Below, in pieces: positions 37,943 to 47,925 of a stretch of 64,000 nucleotides of DNA; within the stretch, counting starts at the first letter, position 1, and each line of letters begins with the position of its first letter. The notes under the pieces are model-generated. The model searched no databases. It was not told the DNA's origin and saw nothing but the letters and a program-made list of their open reading frames with translations. The DNA lies in NCBI GenBank assembly GCA_965203325.1, contig OZ241875.1:1-64000 (forward strand). The letters run 5' to 3'. Both the position numbers and the translations under genes were made by a program. The DNA is from a bacterium. GTDB taxonomy: Bacteria > UBA8248.

Positions 37943-40141
37943 TTGGGCAAAGAACTGCTTTTTGAAATCGGGACCGAGGAGATCCCCTCGACCTACATGC
38001 CGGGGATGATAGCTGCGCTCAAGGACCGGGCGGAGGCGGCGTTTGACGAGGCGCGCCTTGATTGCGAAGGTCTGGAGACGTTCGGGACGCCCAGAAGGCT
38101 CGTCTTGCATGTAGCCGATTTGGCGGAGCGCCAGAAACCGCTTCAAGAGGAGATACTGGGCCCGCCGGTGAAAAATGCGTTCGATGAAGACGGGAATCCG
38201 ACGAAAGCGGCTCTCGGCTTCGCCCGGACGAATGGGGTGGAGGTGTCCGAGCTCAAGCAGGTGGACACGCCCAAGGGCGCGCGCCTGATGTATTTCAGGG
38301 AAGACTTGGGGGATGAGGCCGGGACCGTGCTGGGGTCTTTGCTCTCGAAACTGGTTCAGGAATTGCCGTCTCCCAAATCCATGCGTTGGGGAGTGGGCAA
38401 GTTTTCTTTTGTTCGGCCCGTGCAATGGATTCTGGCCCTTTATGGGCAAGAATGCATCGATGGTCCTGCACCGGATGAGGATACATCGCTCCCGCTATTT
38501 TCTTCAGTCACGTACGGGCATAGGTTTCATCAGAATAAACAATTAAATATCAATAATTATCAGGAATATATTCATGTACTACATAAGAACATTGTGGAGC
38601 CTGTCGTCGATGACGGAAAGGGCGGCGGGCGGGTTCCCATGGTGCGAGCGGACGTCCTGGAGGTAGCCGGGTCCCTGGACGCCGAGCCGGCGGCGGACCC
38701 GGAGGCCGTGGAGCGTTTGGTGGAGAAGGTGGCGCATCTGGTGGAGTGGCCGTTTCCTGTGGCGTGCGGCTTCGATGAAAAATTTCTCGATCTCCCGGGT
38801 GAAGTCATCATCTCTACCCTGGAGGTGCACCAAAGATGTTTTGCGCTCAGGGAAAAGGGAGGGGAGAGGCTCATTCCTTCCTTCATCGGCGTGAGCAACA
38901 CCCATGCGAAGGACATGAGCGTCGTGCGGAAAGGATATGAACGCGTCGTGCGCGCGAGGTTGGAGGACGCGGAATTTTACTGGCGCCAGGACCTCGCGAC
39001 ACCCCTCGCCGAAATGGCGGAGGAGCTCAAGGGCGTGGTTTATCACCCGAGGCTGGGCACGAGTTGGGACAAGGTGGAGCGGTTCAGACGCCTGGGCGCG
39101 TGGCTTTGCGAAAAACTCGCGCCGGAAGACGGCGCGTTGGCGAAAACCGTGGACGAGGCGGCATATCTCTGCAAGGCGGATTTAACCAGCGGCATGGTGT
39201 ATGAATTCCCGGAGCTTCAGGGCGTCATGGGCCGGCGCTATGCCGAGCGCGAGGGCAGGAGCGAGGCGGTATCCCGCGCCATATATGAGCATTATCTCCC
39301 CAGAGGCGAGGGAGACGATCTCCCTGGAGACCGCGCAGGCGCCATCGTGGGGCTCGCAGACCGTATGGACACCATCGTCGGCATGTTGGGGTTGGGCTAC
39401 CTGCCAAGCGGCTCGGAAGACCCTTATGCGCTGAGGCGTGCGGCGAATGCCATTTTGCTCATTCTGGAGGAGCGGGGTTTCAGAATCTCACTGCCCGAAT
39501 GGGTGGAAGTCGCGAGCGAGCCTCTGGCGGATAAGTTCAAGGGAGATTCCGCCGAGGCGGCTGAAAGGATTCTGGGTTTTCTGCGCAACCGGGTGTCCGC
39601 CTATCTTTCGCGTGGCGGCGCGCGAGGCGATCTGGTGGAAGCGGTGCTCGCTGCGGGAGAGGATTCCGGCTGGCGTGACGTGCTGGACGCGCGGGCGCGG
39701 CTTCGCGCACTAGAGCGGCTGGCCTCGAGCGAAGAGACCTTCGAGCCGCTCACGACGACCTTCAAGCGGGTGAGCAACATCATCCGGCAGGCGAAAGAGG
39801 GCGGTGAGCATGATGAGGCGACCAGCCTGGATGAGCTTCTTCTCGTGGATGACGCCGAGAAGAAGCTGAACGCATCTTTGTGCGCGGTTTCAGAAACAGT
39901 AGAGAAAGCGTTGGCGAACGTGCAGGCAGGAGACGCCGCCTCTTTGGAGGAAGCTTATGTTTCGGCGAATACCTCCATTGCGGAAATTCGTCCGGTGGTG
40001 GATGATTTTTTCGACGAGGTGATGGTGATGGCCGAGGACGCCGCCTTGCGGAGAAACCGCCTTGCGCTGATGGCCGACGTCGGCGCGCTGTTTTCGGCGA
40101 ATGCGGATTTCACAAAAATTCAATTGAGGGCGACGAGATAA
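37943..40141 (+). CDS. glyS: Glycine--tRNA ligase beta subunit
   Basis: LLFEIGTEEIP, TPRRL, KSMRWG, EFPELQGVMG, GSEDPYALRR and RRNRLAL. Confidence 0.97.
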   Translation: MGKELLFEIGTEEIPSTYMPGMIAALKDRAEAAFDEARLDCEGLETFGTPRRLVLHVADLAERQKPLQEEILGPPVKNAFDEDGNPTKAALGFARTNGVEVSELKQVDTPKGARLMYFREDLGDEAGTVLGSLLSKLVQELPSPKSMRWGVGKFSFVRPVQWILALYGQECIDGPAPDEDTSLPLFSSVTYGHRFHQNKQLNINNYQEYIHVLHKNIVEPVVDDGKGGGRVPMVRADVLEVAGSLDAEPAADPEAVERLVEKVAHLVEWPFPVACGFDEKFLDLPGEVIISTLEVHQRCFALREKGGERLIPSFIGVSNTHAKDMSVVRKGYERVVRARLEDAEFYWRQDLATPLAEMAEELKGVVYHPRLGTSWDKVERFRRLGAWLCEKLAPEDGALAKTVDEAAYLCKADLTSGMVYEFPELQGVMGRRYAEREGRSEAVSRAIYEHYLPRGEGDDLPGDRAGAIVGLADRMDTIVGMLGLGYLPSGSEDPYALRRAANAILLILEERGFRISLPEWVEVASEPLADKFKGDSAEAAERILGFLRNRVSAYLSRGGARGDLVEAVLAAGEDSGWRDVLDARARLRALERLASSEETFEPLTTTFKRVSNIIRQAKEGGEHDEATSLDELLLVDDAEKKLNASLCAVSETVEKALANVQAGDAASLEEAYVSANTSIAEIRPVVDDFFDEVMVMAEDAALRRNRLALMADVGALFSANADFTKIQLRATR

Positions 40142-40208
40142 TCGGAGTTGTTTTCAGCCACCCATATCTATTGTGCAGACGCGCGAGGGGCGCGGGAGGA
40201 TGCAGGTG

Positions 40209-42857
40209 ATGACGGAGAAGATGATTTATTCCTTTGGTGCCGGGCGAACCGACGGCAGCGCCGATATGCGTAATCTGCTGGGTGGCAAGGGCGCGAATCT
40301 CGCGGAGATGGCGAGTCTGGACATACCAGTGCCGCCGGGCTTTACCATCACCACGCAGGTTTGTGTCGATTACCTGAAAGAAAACGCGCTTCCCGGGGGC
40401 CTCTGGGAGGGCGTGAAGGAGCAGATGGCGCGTCTCGAAGAGGCGATGGGGGCGCAATTCGGCGGCGATGAGAATCCGCTTTTGGTGAGCGTGCGCTCGG
40501 GTGCGCGCGATTCGATGCCGGGCATGATGGATACCGTTCTGAATCTCGGGATGAACGACAAGACGGTCGCCGCCCTCGAGAAAAAATCGGGCAACCGGCG
40601 CTTCGCATACGACAGCTATCGCAGGTTCATCAACATGTTCGGCAACGTGGTTCTCGAAATGGAGCACCACGACTTCGAATCGAAGATCGAGGCCATGAAA
40701 CAGCGCAAAGGCGCCGGGTCCGATCTGGATCTGACGGCGGACGACCTGGTCGAACTGGTGAATGAATACGCCGCCCTTGTCGAAGAAAAAACGGGTGCGA
40801 GTTTCCCCCAGGACCCTTACGAGCAACTCCGGCTGGCCATCGAGGCGGTGTTCAAATCCTGGAACAACGATCGCGCCTTCACCTACCGCAGGCTGTATCA
40901 CATTCCCCATGACTGGGGCACCGCCGTGAACGTGCAGTGCATGGTGTACGGCAATATGGGGGAGGATTGCGGCACCGGGGTCGCTTTCTCGCGCAACCCC
41001 GCGACGGGCGAGGATGTCCTCTATGGCGAGATTCTCTTCAACGCCCAGGGTGAAGACGTGGTGGCCGGCATCCGGACGCCCGAGCCCATCGAAAGCCTCA
41101 AGGCGAAGATGCCCGAATGTTACGCCGAGTTTGAAGGCATCACCGAGAAGCTCGAAGCGCATTACAAAGACATGCAGGACATGGAGTTCACGATTCAGAA
41201 CGGGCGTCTTTTCATGCTCCAGACGAGAAACGGAAAGCGAACCGCGGCGGCGGCCGTGCGAATCGCCATCCAGTTGGTGAGGGAAGGCGTGATAGACAGG
41301 CGAACCGCTTTGAAAATGGTGGACCCCGACAGCCTGGATCAGTTGCTGCATCCGATGATCGACGCCGAGGGGGAATTGAAAGTAGTGGCCACGGGTCTGG
41401 CCGCGTCGCCCGGGGCCGCGGTGGGCCGGGTGGTCTTCACCGCGGCGGATGCGGTCGAGCGGGCAGAAGCGGGGGACCCCGTGATTCTCGTGCGCCAGGA
41501 GACGAGCCCCGAAGACATCAACGGGATGAACGTATCTCAGGGCATTCTTACGGCGCGGGGCGGACTCACCTCGCACGCGGCCGTCGTTGCGAGACAGATG
41601 GGGAAATGCTGCGTCACAGGGTGCAGCGCCTTGAACGTGAAGGCCGACGAGAAGGTGATCCTCGTGAACGGCGAGACGGTGTCGGAAGGTGATCATATTT
41701 CCTTGAACGGTACTACCGGAGAGGTGATTCTGGGTGAGGCGAAGCTCAAGCAGCCCGAGCTTTCGGGGGATTTCGCCACCCTGATGGAATGGGCGGACGA
41801 GCTCCGAACTTTGGGCGTTCGCGCCAACGCCGATACGGTGATGGATAGCGAGGCGGCCATCAAATTCGGCTGCGAGGGAATCGGCCTGTGCCGCACGGAG
41901 CACATGTTCTTCGAGGGAGAGCGCATCGACTACGTGCGCGCGATGATTCTGGCATCTACCGAGGAGGGGAGGCGGGATGCGCTTGATCACCTCCTGCCCA
42001 TGCAGCGCGAGGATTTCGTCGGCATCTTCGAGGTGATGAAAGAAAGGCCTGTGACGATCAGGCTGCTGGATCCGCCGCTTCACGAGTTCTTGCCCAAAAC
42101 GAAAGAAGACATGGAGCATGTGGCCAAGCTGCTGGGTGTGGACCCCGACGCGGTGCGCCATGCCACCGAGGCGACCGAAGAGCAGAATCCCATGCTGGGC
42201 CACCGGGGTTGTCGTCTGGTGGTCACCTATCCTGAAATCGCCGAAATGCAGGTGCGCGCCATCATCGAGGCGGCTTGCGAGATGAAATCGCGAGGCGTGG
42301 ACGTGTTGCCTGAAATCATGATTCCGCTCACCTCGGGCATAGGGGAATGGGAGTTCAATCGCGACATCGTGCACGACATCGCCGGAAAGGTGATTGAGGA
42401 AAAAGGCGTCACGCCCCGGTATCTCACGGGCACGATGATCGAAATTCCCAGGGCTTGCCTCCTGGCGGGAGAGATTGCCGACAGCGCGGAATTCTTCAGT
42501 TTCGGCACGAACGATCTGACGCAGTTGACCTATGGCTTGAGCCGTGACGACGCGGGCTGGTTCCTGCCCAAATACATCGAAAAAGAGCTGATTCCCAGAG
42601 ATCCGTTCGTGGCCGTCGACCGCGAGGGAGTGGGTGAGATGGTGCAAATCGGCATCGAGCGCGGCCGCGCGAGACGGGAGAATCTCGAGGTGGGCATCTG
42701 CGGGGAGCATGGCGGGGAACCCACCTCGGTCGAGTTTTGTCACATGATGAAAATGGATTACGTCTCTTGCGCGCCGTACCGGGCCCCGATCGCGAGGCTC
42801 GCCGCCGCTCAGGCGACCATCACGCACGGCTCATACCAGACTGTCGAAATCCATTGA
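40209..42857 (+). CDS. ppdK: Pyruvate, phosphate dikinase
   Basis: LLGGKGANLAEM, SMPGMMDT, GGLTSHAAVVAR, GIGLCRTEHMF, FSFGTNDLTQ and GICGEHGG. Start within a few codons. Confidence 0.97.
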   Translation: MTEKMIYSFGAGRTDGSADMRNLLGGKGANLAEMASLDIPVPPGFTITTQVCVDYLKENALPGGLWEGVKEQMARLEEAMGAQFGGDENPLLVSVRSGARDSMPGMMDTVLNLGMNDKTVAALEKKSGNRRFAYDSYRRFINMFGNVVLEMEHHDFESKIEAMKQRKGAGSDLDLTADDLVELVNEYAALVEEKTGASFPQDPYEQLRLAIEAVFKSWNNDRAFTYRRLYHIPHDWGTAVNVQCMVYGNMGEDCGTGVAFSRNPATGEDVLYGEILFNAQGEDVVAGIRTPEPIESLKAKMPECYAEFEGITEKLEAHYKDMQDMEFTIQNGRLFMLQTRNGKRTAAAAVRIAIQLVREGVIDRRTALKMVDPDSLDQLLHPMIDAEGELKVVATGLAASPGAAVGRVVFTAADAVERAEAGDPVILVRQETSPEDINGMNVSQGILTARGGLTSHAAVVARQMGKCCVTGCSALNVKADEKVILVNGETVSEGDHISLNGTTGEVILGEAKLKQPELSGDFATLMEWADELRTLGVRANADTVMDSEAAIKFGCEGIGLCRTEHMFFEGERIDYVRAMILASTEEGRRDALDHLLPMQREDFVGIFEVMKERPVTIRLLDPPLHEFLPKTKEDMEHVAKLLGVDPDAVRHATEATEEQNPMLGHRGCRLVVTYPEIAEMQVRAIIEAACEMKSRGVDVLPEIMIPLTSGIGEWEFNRDIVHDIAGKVIEEKGVTPRYLTGTMIEIPRACLLAGEIADSAEFFSFGTNDLTQLTYGLSRDDAGWFLPKYIEKELIPRDPFVAVDREGVGEMVQIGIERGRARRENLEVGICGEHGGEPTSVEFCHMMKMDYVSCAPYRAPIARLAAAQATITHGSYQTVEIH

Positions 42858-42870
42858 GCAGGATTTCCCT

Positions 42871-44031
42871 TTGACGGTACACCTCTCCGCCGAGCGGAAA
42901 AACGAGTTGATGAGCCAGGCACTCTCTCTCGCGGGGCGCGCGGAGGGAATGACGAGCCCGAACCCGCTCGTCGGGGCCATTGTTCTTGACGCCGACGGAG
43001 AGATAGTGGGCCGGGGCTGGCACCAAAAGGCAGGGGAGCCGCACGCAGAAGTTCTGGCTCTTGAGGAAGCGGGCGGGCGGGCACGAGGCGGTATCTTGTT
43101 CGTCACGCTGGAGCCGTGTTCTCACCAGGGCAGAACGCCCCCTTGCGCGCCTGCTGTGGTGGAGGCGGGCGTCGCTCACGTCATCGCCGCTGTTCTGGAC
43201 CCGAATCCGCAAGTGCAGGGAAAGGGATTTGCGCACTTGCGCGCGCATGGGGTCGGGGTGGAGACCGGCATCATGGTCGAGGAGGCGGTACGCCTGAATG
43301 AAGTATATTTTCACTGGTGGCGGCGTGGTCGGCCTTTTCTGACGCTTAAGGCCGCGGCAAGTCTGGACGGCAAAATCGCCACCCGGAGCGGGCAGAGCAG
43401 GTGGATAACGGGCGAGGAGGCGAGAGACGCGGGCCATCAATTCAGGAACAAGGTGGATGCCATCCTGGTAGGCGTGGAGACAGTGCTGAAGGACAACCCG
43501 TTGCTCACCGCGCGGCCAGGCGGCGCCGAGGGCAAGCCGCTCATGAGAGTCGTGCTGGACTCGAAACTCAGGACGCCCGCCCATGCCCGCATACTCGCGC
43601 CCCGGTCGGGGAGTTCCACCATCCTCGCGGCTACGGACGCGGCGCCCCCGGCGAAGGAAGAGGCGCTGCGCGAGGCGGGTGCGGAAATCATTCGAGGGGA
43701 AGCGGACCCCGAAGGCCGGGTGTCGCTCGCTCCGCTTTTGGAGTTGTTGGGAAGCCGCGGCGTTCGCCATATCCTCGCCGAAGGCGGCGGGCGGGTGCAC
43801 GGTTCCTTCCTTCGGGAAGGCCTGGCGGATCGGCTCCTGTATTTTCTGGCGCCCCTGGTCGTGGGGGACCATGAGGCGCCGGGCGCGGTTTCAGGCCTTG
43901 ATGAAGAGAAATTGCAATCTCTGCCCGGGTTATTTAATGTAACACATGAAGTTATGGGGAGTGATTTGTTGATTCAAGGATATTTCAAAAGACCGATTTG
44001 GAAAGATGTTGAGGAGTGGACAGGTGTTTAG
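42871..44031 (+). CDS. ribD: Bifunctional pyrimidine deaminase/reductase RibD
   Basis: PNPLVGA, HAE, LEPCSHQGRTPPC, SLDGKIA and EGGG. Confidence 0.96.
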   Translation: MTVHLSAERKNELMSQALSLAGRAEGMTSPNPLVGAIVLDADGEIVGRGWHQKAGEPHAEVLALEEAGGRARGGILFVTLEPCSHQGRTPPCAPAVVEAGVAHVIAAVLDPNPQVQGKGFAHLRAHGVGVETGIMVEEAVRLNEVYFHWWRRGRPFLTLKAAASLDGKIATRSGQSRWITGEEARDAGHQFRNKVDAILVGVETVLKDNPLLTARPGGAEGKPLMRVVLDSKLRTPAHARILAPRSGSSTILAATDAAPPAKEEALREAGAEIIRGEADPEGRVSLAPLLELLGSRGVRHILAEGGGRVHGSFLREGLADRLLYFLAPLVVGDHEAPGAVSGLDEEKLQSLPGLFNVTHEVMGSDLLIQGYFKRPIWKDVEEWTGV

Positions 44032-44674
44032 CGGAATTGTTGAGGCCATCGGCGCGATTCGTGCATTGAAAAAAGACGCCAAAGGCGCGCGGATCACCAT
44101 CGAGGCGCCGGGCGTTTTGAGCGGCGTGCGGCTCGGCGATTCGATTGCGCTCAATGGCGCCTGCATAACGGTTGTTGATTTTGACGACAGGAAGTTTGAA
44201 GCCGATTTGTCCGTCGAGACGCTGAGGCGTACGAATCTGGGAGAGCTGGTTGTCGGCGACCGATGCAACCTGGAGCGCGCCATGGCGCTGGGAGAACGGC
44301 TTGGGGGGCATCTCGTGAGCGGTCATGTGGACGGCGTGGGCAGAATCAAGAGCAGAAAAAATGAGGGCGACTCGATTTGGCTCACATTCGAGGCTCCGGT
44401 GGAGGTGATGCGCTATGTCGTCTATAAAGGTTCTATAGCAGTCGATGGAATCAGCTTGACGGTGGCGGCGTGCGATGGGGAGACTTTTTCTGTGTCGATC
44501 ATCCCGCATACGAGCGAGCAGACGACGCTCACGGAGAAGGAAGACGGCGCCGCGGTGAACCTGGAGGCGGATTTGATCGGGAAATACGTGGAGAAGCTGC
44601 TCGCGCCCCACGCGGATTCGAGGTCTCGAGACGGCATCACGATGGAAAAGTTAAAGGAGCAAGGCTATGCCTGA
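44024..44674 (+). CDS. ribE: Riboflavin synthase
   Basis: GTG start MFSGIVE, GDSIALNGAC, NLERA, GGHLVSGHVD and KGSIAVDGISLT. Confidence 0.95.
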   Translation: MFSGIVEAIGAIRALKKDAKGARITIEAPGVLSGVRLGDSIALNGACITVVDFDDRKFEADLSVETLRRTNLGELVVGDRCNLERAMALGERLGGHLVSGHVDGVGRIKSRKNEGDSIWLTFEAPVEVMRYVVYKGSIAVDGISLTVAACDGETFSVSIIPHTSEQTTLTEKEDGAAVNLEADLIGKYVEKLLAPHADSRSRDGITMEKLKEQGYA

Positions 44675-45899
44675 GCCGGGGGAGGAAAGAAACTTCGACG
44701 AAAATCCTTTCTCGACGATTGAAGAGGCGATCGGCGATATTCGCGAAGGGCGCATCGTCGTCCTCGTGGATGATGAGGATCGTGAAAACGAGGGCGATTT
44801 CATCCTCGCGGCCGAGAAGGTGACTCCGGAAGTAATCAACTTCATGACGAAACACGCGCGCGGTTTGGTTTGTCTCGCGCTCACGCCCGAGAAAGTGGAA
44901 TCTCTGGGTCTGCCCATGATGGTGCCCAGCGGCGAAAACGGCTCCGCTTTCGGCACGGCTTTTACGGTTTCCATCGAGGCTCGTGAAGGCGTTACGACGG
45001 GCATCAGCGCTTTCGACAGGGCCCACACCATACAAACGGCGATACAGCAAGACGCCAGGCCGTCGGACCTGGTGACGCCCGGCCACGTTTTCCCGCTGCG
45101 GGCGCAGCCGGGGGGCGTACTCCGGCGAGCGGGCCACACGGAGGGCACGGTGGATCTGGCCCGCCTGGCCGGCCTGCAGCCCGCGGGTGTTCTTTGCGAG
45201 GTCTTGAATGAAGACGGCTCGATGGCGCGTCTGCCCAACCTGCGGAAGATAGCGAAAAAAAATAATCTCTCCCTCGTGACCATCAAGGATCTCATCGCTT
45301 ACCGCATGCGGCACGATCGTCTCGTGGAGCGTGTGGAGGAGGCTGAGATGCCGACGGCGTTCGGCACTTTCAAGGTATATGCGTACCACAATCAAAGCAG
45401 CGGCAGGATTCACGCCGCTTTGGTGATGGGCGAGTTGAACCCGGACGAACCCACCCATATTCGGGTGCAGCCGGTGAACGCCATCTGGGACTTGTTGGCG
45501 CTTTTGCGATCTGATTGCCCGGACAGGATCAGAAACGCGCTGGCCAAAATTCAGGAGGCGGGTAAGGGGGTGTTGGTTTTCTTGCAGCCCGATTCGATGG
45601 GAGAGGAATTTTCCAGGAAAGAGAAGGTTTCTCCCGGCCCGCGTGAAGTGGAGCAGAAAATCGGAATCAAGAGCGCGCCGCTCGAAGGGTTGCGCGATTA
45701 CGGCATAGGGGCCCAAATACTCGTCGATTTGGGTTTGCGGCGGATTCGGATCATGACGAACGATGAGCGCAGGATTGTGGCGCTCGAAGGTTATGGCCTC
45801 GAACTCGAAGACAGGGTGGCGGTGGACATGGAGCCACCCTTGCCGTCTTTGCAGAAGAAGAGGAAGGACGGCAGGGAATCCTACTTGCAGCGTCCGTAA
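44667..45899 (+). CDS. ribB: DHBP synthase fused to a degenerate GTP cyclohydrolase II domain (RibBX-like)
   Basis: DDEDRENEGD, AFTVSIEA, PGHVFPL and RAGHTE. The C-terminal domain lacks the usual Zn motif but keeps RDYGIGAQIL. Confidence 0.92.
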   Translation: MPEPGEERNFDENPFSTIEEAIGDIREGRIVVLVDDEDRENEGDFILAAEKVTPEVINFMTKHARGLVCLALTPEKVESLGLPMMVPSGENGSAFGTAFTVSIEAREGVTTGISAFDRAHTIQTAIQQDARPSDLVTPGHVFPLRAQPGGVLRRAGHTEGTVDLARLAGLQPAGVLCEVLNEDGSMARLPNLRKIAKKNNLSLVTIKDLIAYRMRHDRLVERVEEAEMPTAFGTFKVYAYHNQSSGRIHAALVMGELNPDEPTHIRVQPVNAIWDLLALLRSDCPDRIRNALAKIQEAGKGVLVFLQPDSMGEEFSRKEKVSPGPREVEQKIGIKSAPLEGLRDYGIGAQILVDLGLRRIRIMTNDERRIVALEGYGLELEDRVAVDMEPPLPSLQKKRKDGRESYLQRP

Positions 45900-45919
45900 C
45901 ATAGGGGTGTGGAGAGGAA

Positions 45920-46420
45920 ATGGATAATCCGGTGGCGGGTGATCTGAATGGACGGGGACTGCGGATCGGCCTCGTCTCGTCGCGTTTCAACGATTTCATC
46001 GTGACGCACCTCGTCCGGGGGGCCGAGACGGCTTTGCGGCAATGCGGCGTATCCGGGACCGATATTGCGCTCGTACAGGTGCCGGGTTCGTTCGAGCTTC
46101 CGGCGGCTGCGATGCGGATGGCGAAATCGCAGAAATATGACGCCATCGTATGCCTGGGCTGCGTGATACGGGGCGCAACGTCTCACTACGATCTGGTGTG
46201 CGCCGAGGCGACGAAGGGCATCGCCCAGGTGGGTACTCAGACGGGAGTGCCGACCATTTTCGCCGTCGTCACGACGGACACGATTGAGCAGGCCATCGAG
46301 CGCTCGGGAACGAAGATGGGAAACAAGGGATACGAGGGCGGGCTGGCGGCCGTGGAGATGGCGAACTTGTTTTCGAAAATGGATGCGGATGGGAACGACG
46401 CTCCCGAAGAGGGAAAGTGA
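45920..46420 (+). CDS. ribH: 6,7-dimethyl-8-ribityllumazine synthase
   Basis: [25 protein letters not shown] and [14 protein letters not shown]. Confidence 0.97.
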   Translation: MDNPVAGDLNGRGLRIGLVSSRFNDFIVTHLVRGAETALRQCGVSGTDIALVQVPGSFELPAAAMRMAKSQKYDAIVCLGCVIRGATSHYDLVCAEATKGIAQVGTQTGVPTIFAVVTTDTIEQAIERSGTKMGNKGYEGGLAAVEMANLFSKMDADGNDAPEEGK

Positions 46421-46833
46421 TGGTGGAGAACAGAAAGGCGGGGCGAGAGCTTGCGTTTCAAATCCTGTATCACACCGACCGCACCGGAAGTCTGACGCCG
46501 GAGGAGGTGGAGCGCTATTGGCGGTTGCATCCGGCGGATGAGAGTTCAAAAATGTTCGCCGACAGGTTGATGGCGCTCATTCTGGAGAAAGACCGGCAGA
46601 TTAACGATTTGCTCAACGAAGCGAGCGAGAGTTGGTCGCTTGAGCGCATGGATGCCGTATCGAGGAGCATATTGCGTTTGGGCGTTTGTGAAATGTACTT
46701 TGTTCTGGATATCCCGCCTGCGGTCACGATGGATGAAGCGATTCGCCTGGCCAAACGATACGGACCGGAAAATGCGCCCGGCTTCGTGAACGGTATTCTG
46801 GATCGCCTCTATCAAGAGAAAACGGCGGTATAA
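46420..46833 (+). CDS. nusB: Transcription antitermination factor NusB
   Basis: RELAFQILY, WSLERM, ILRLG, EAIRLAKRY and FVNGILD. Confidence 0.93.
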   Translation: MVENRKAGRELAFQILYHTDRTGSLTPEEVERYWRLHPADESSKMFADRLMALILEKDRQINDLLNEASESWSLERMDAVSRSILRLGVCEMYFVLDIPPAVTMDEAIRLAKRYGPENAPGFVNGILDRLYQEKTAV

Positions 46834-46836
46834 GAG

Positions 46837-47391
46837 GTGATACGACTTCGCTTGTTTCCCCAGGGACTGCATGAGGTGAAAAGTTTTGCCGCCGTTTGCA
46901 TGTTCGCGGTGGAGCATTTTCCGTTTCAAGGGCGATTGCTGCAAATCGACCGCTTGCTGGAGAGCGAGGTGAGCGGTCTCATCGAGCAGGGCAAATTGAG
47001 CGGCGCCTGGGAGTCGCAAGCCATGTTTGCCTCGAAGGGGCGGCTCGCGCCTGAGTATGTGTTGTTCGCAGGTGTCGGCTCTATGGAAGACTTGACCCTC
47101 ACAAAGCTCTACCGGCATGCGAAGGATATTTTTGGAAGGATGATGAGGGCGTCGGCGAAGAATTTATCGATGCAGGTTTCCGGTTTCGCGCAGCTTCCCG
47201 ATGACTTCACTCCCGTGGCCACGGAGATTATGAACGGTGCGATACGAGGCGTCATCGGAAATCCCTGGGATGTCGATATTCTTGTTTGCGAACCAGATGA
47301 TGAGAAATATGACGAATTGATTATGCTGAGTGAGCAAATTGCTTTCAGCAGTGTGAAGAATCGTGAACTCTCCTTGGAGGTTTTGATTTGA
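46837..47391 (+). CDS. Hypothetical protein resembling the peptidase M17 N-terminal (macro-like) domain
   Basis: PFQG....ID..L...VS.LI..GKLSG and VLFAGVG. No catalytic M17 domain. Confidence 0.5.
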   Translation: MIRLRLFPQGLHEVKSFAAVCMFAVEHFPFQGRLLQIDRLLESEVSGLIEQGKLSGAWESQAMFASKGRLAPEYVLFAGVGSMEDLTLTKLYRHAKDIFGRMMRASAKNLSMQVSGFAQLPDDFTPVATEIMNGAIRGVIGNPWDVDILVCEPDDEKYDELIMLSEQIAFSSVKNRELSLEVLI

Positions 47392-47924
47392 GCGGGGCGC
47401 CTTTGAGGACAGTTCACGATATCCGTTTCGCTCTGTTGATATGCATTTTTCTGTCAGCGGGCTGCGGCTACGAACTCGAAGGGACCTTACGACCCAAGAA
47501 ACTCGAAGCAGTGCAGACCATTTCGATATCACCATTCCTGAACCATACGGACGAGCCGGGCCTTGGACGCGCCGTTACGAAAGCGATGAGAGGAAGGTTC
47601 CTGCGGGACGGCCGCCTCCGGGTTTCCGACTCTCCCGATGCGGACGTCGCTCTCGAAGGTGTTGTGCGCGAATATCGTCTCTCTCCAATCGGCTTCACCC
47701 AGGCTGACAGGGTTCAGCGATACCGCGTCGTGGTGCGCACGCGAATACGTCTGCACGACAAAGGGCGGAAGAAATTGCTCATCAATCAGGATTTGGAGTC
47801 TTATGCCGAATTCGCTGTTTCATCCTCAATAGCGCAAAGTGACATGAGCCGCTCGAACGCCCATCAACAGGCAGCCGACTCTTTATCGAAAGACGTCGTC
47901 AGCCTCGTGTTAGAGGGTTTTTAG
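47388..47924 (+). CDS. lptE: LptE-family lipoprotein
   Basis: Lipobox AG-CGY, FLNHTDEPGL and DADVALEG. Lies upstream of holA. Confidence 0.82.
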   Translation: MSGAPLRTVHDIRFALLICIFLSAGCGYELEGTLRPKKLEAVQTISISPFLNHTDEPGLGRAVTKAMRGRFLRDGRLRVSDSPDADVALEGVVREYRLSPIGFTQADRVQRYRVVVRTRIRLHDKGRKKLLINQDLESYAEFAVSSSIAQSDMSRSNAHQQAADSLSKDVVSLVLEGF

Positions 47925-47925
47925 A

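Noticed and set aside
40110..42827. 905-aa minus-strand ORF
   Set aside because: Antisense shadow of ppdK, expected in high-GC coding DNA, with no recognisable motifs.
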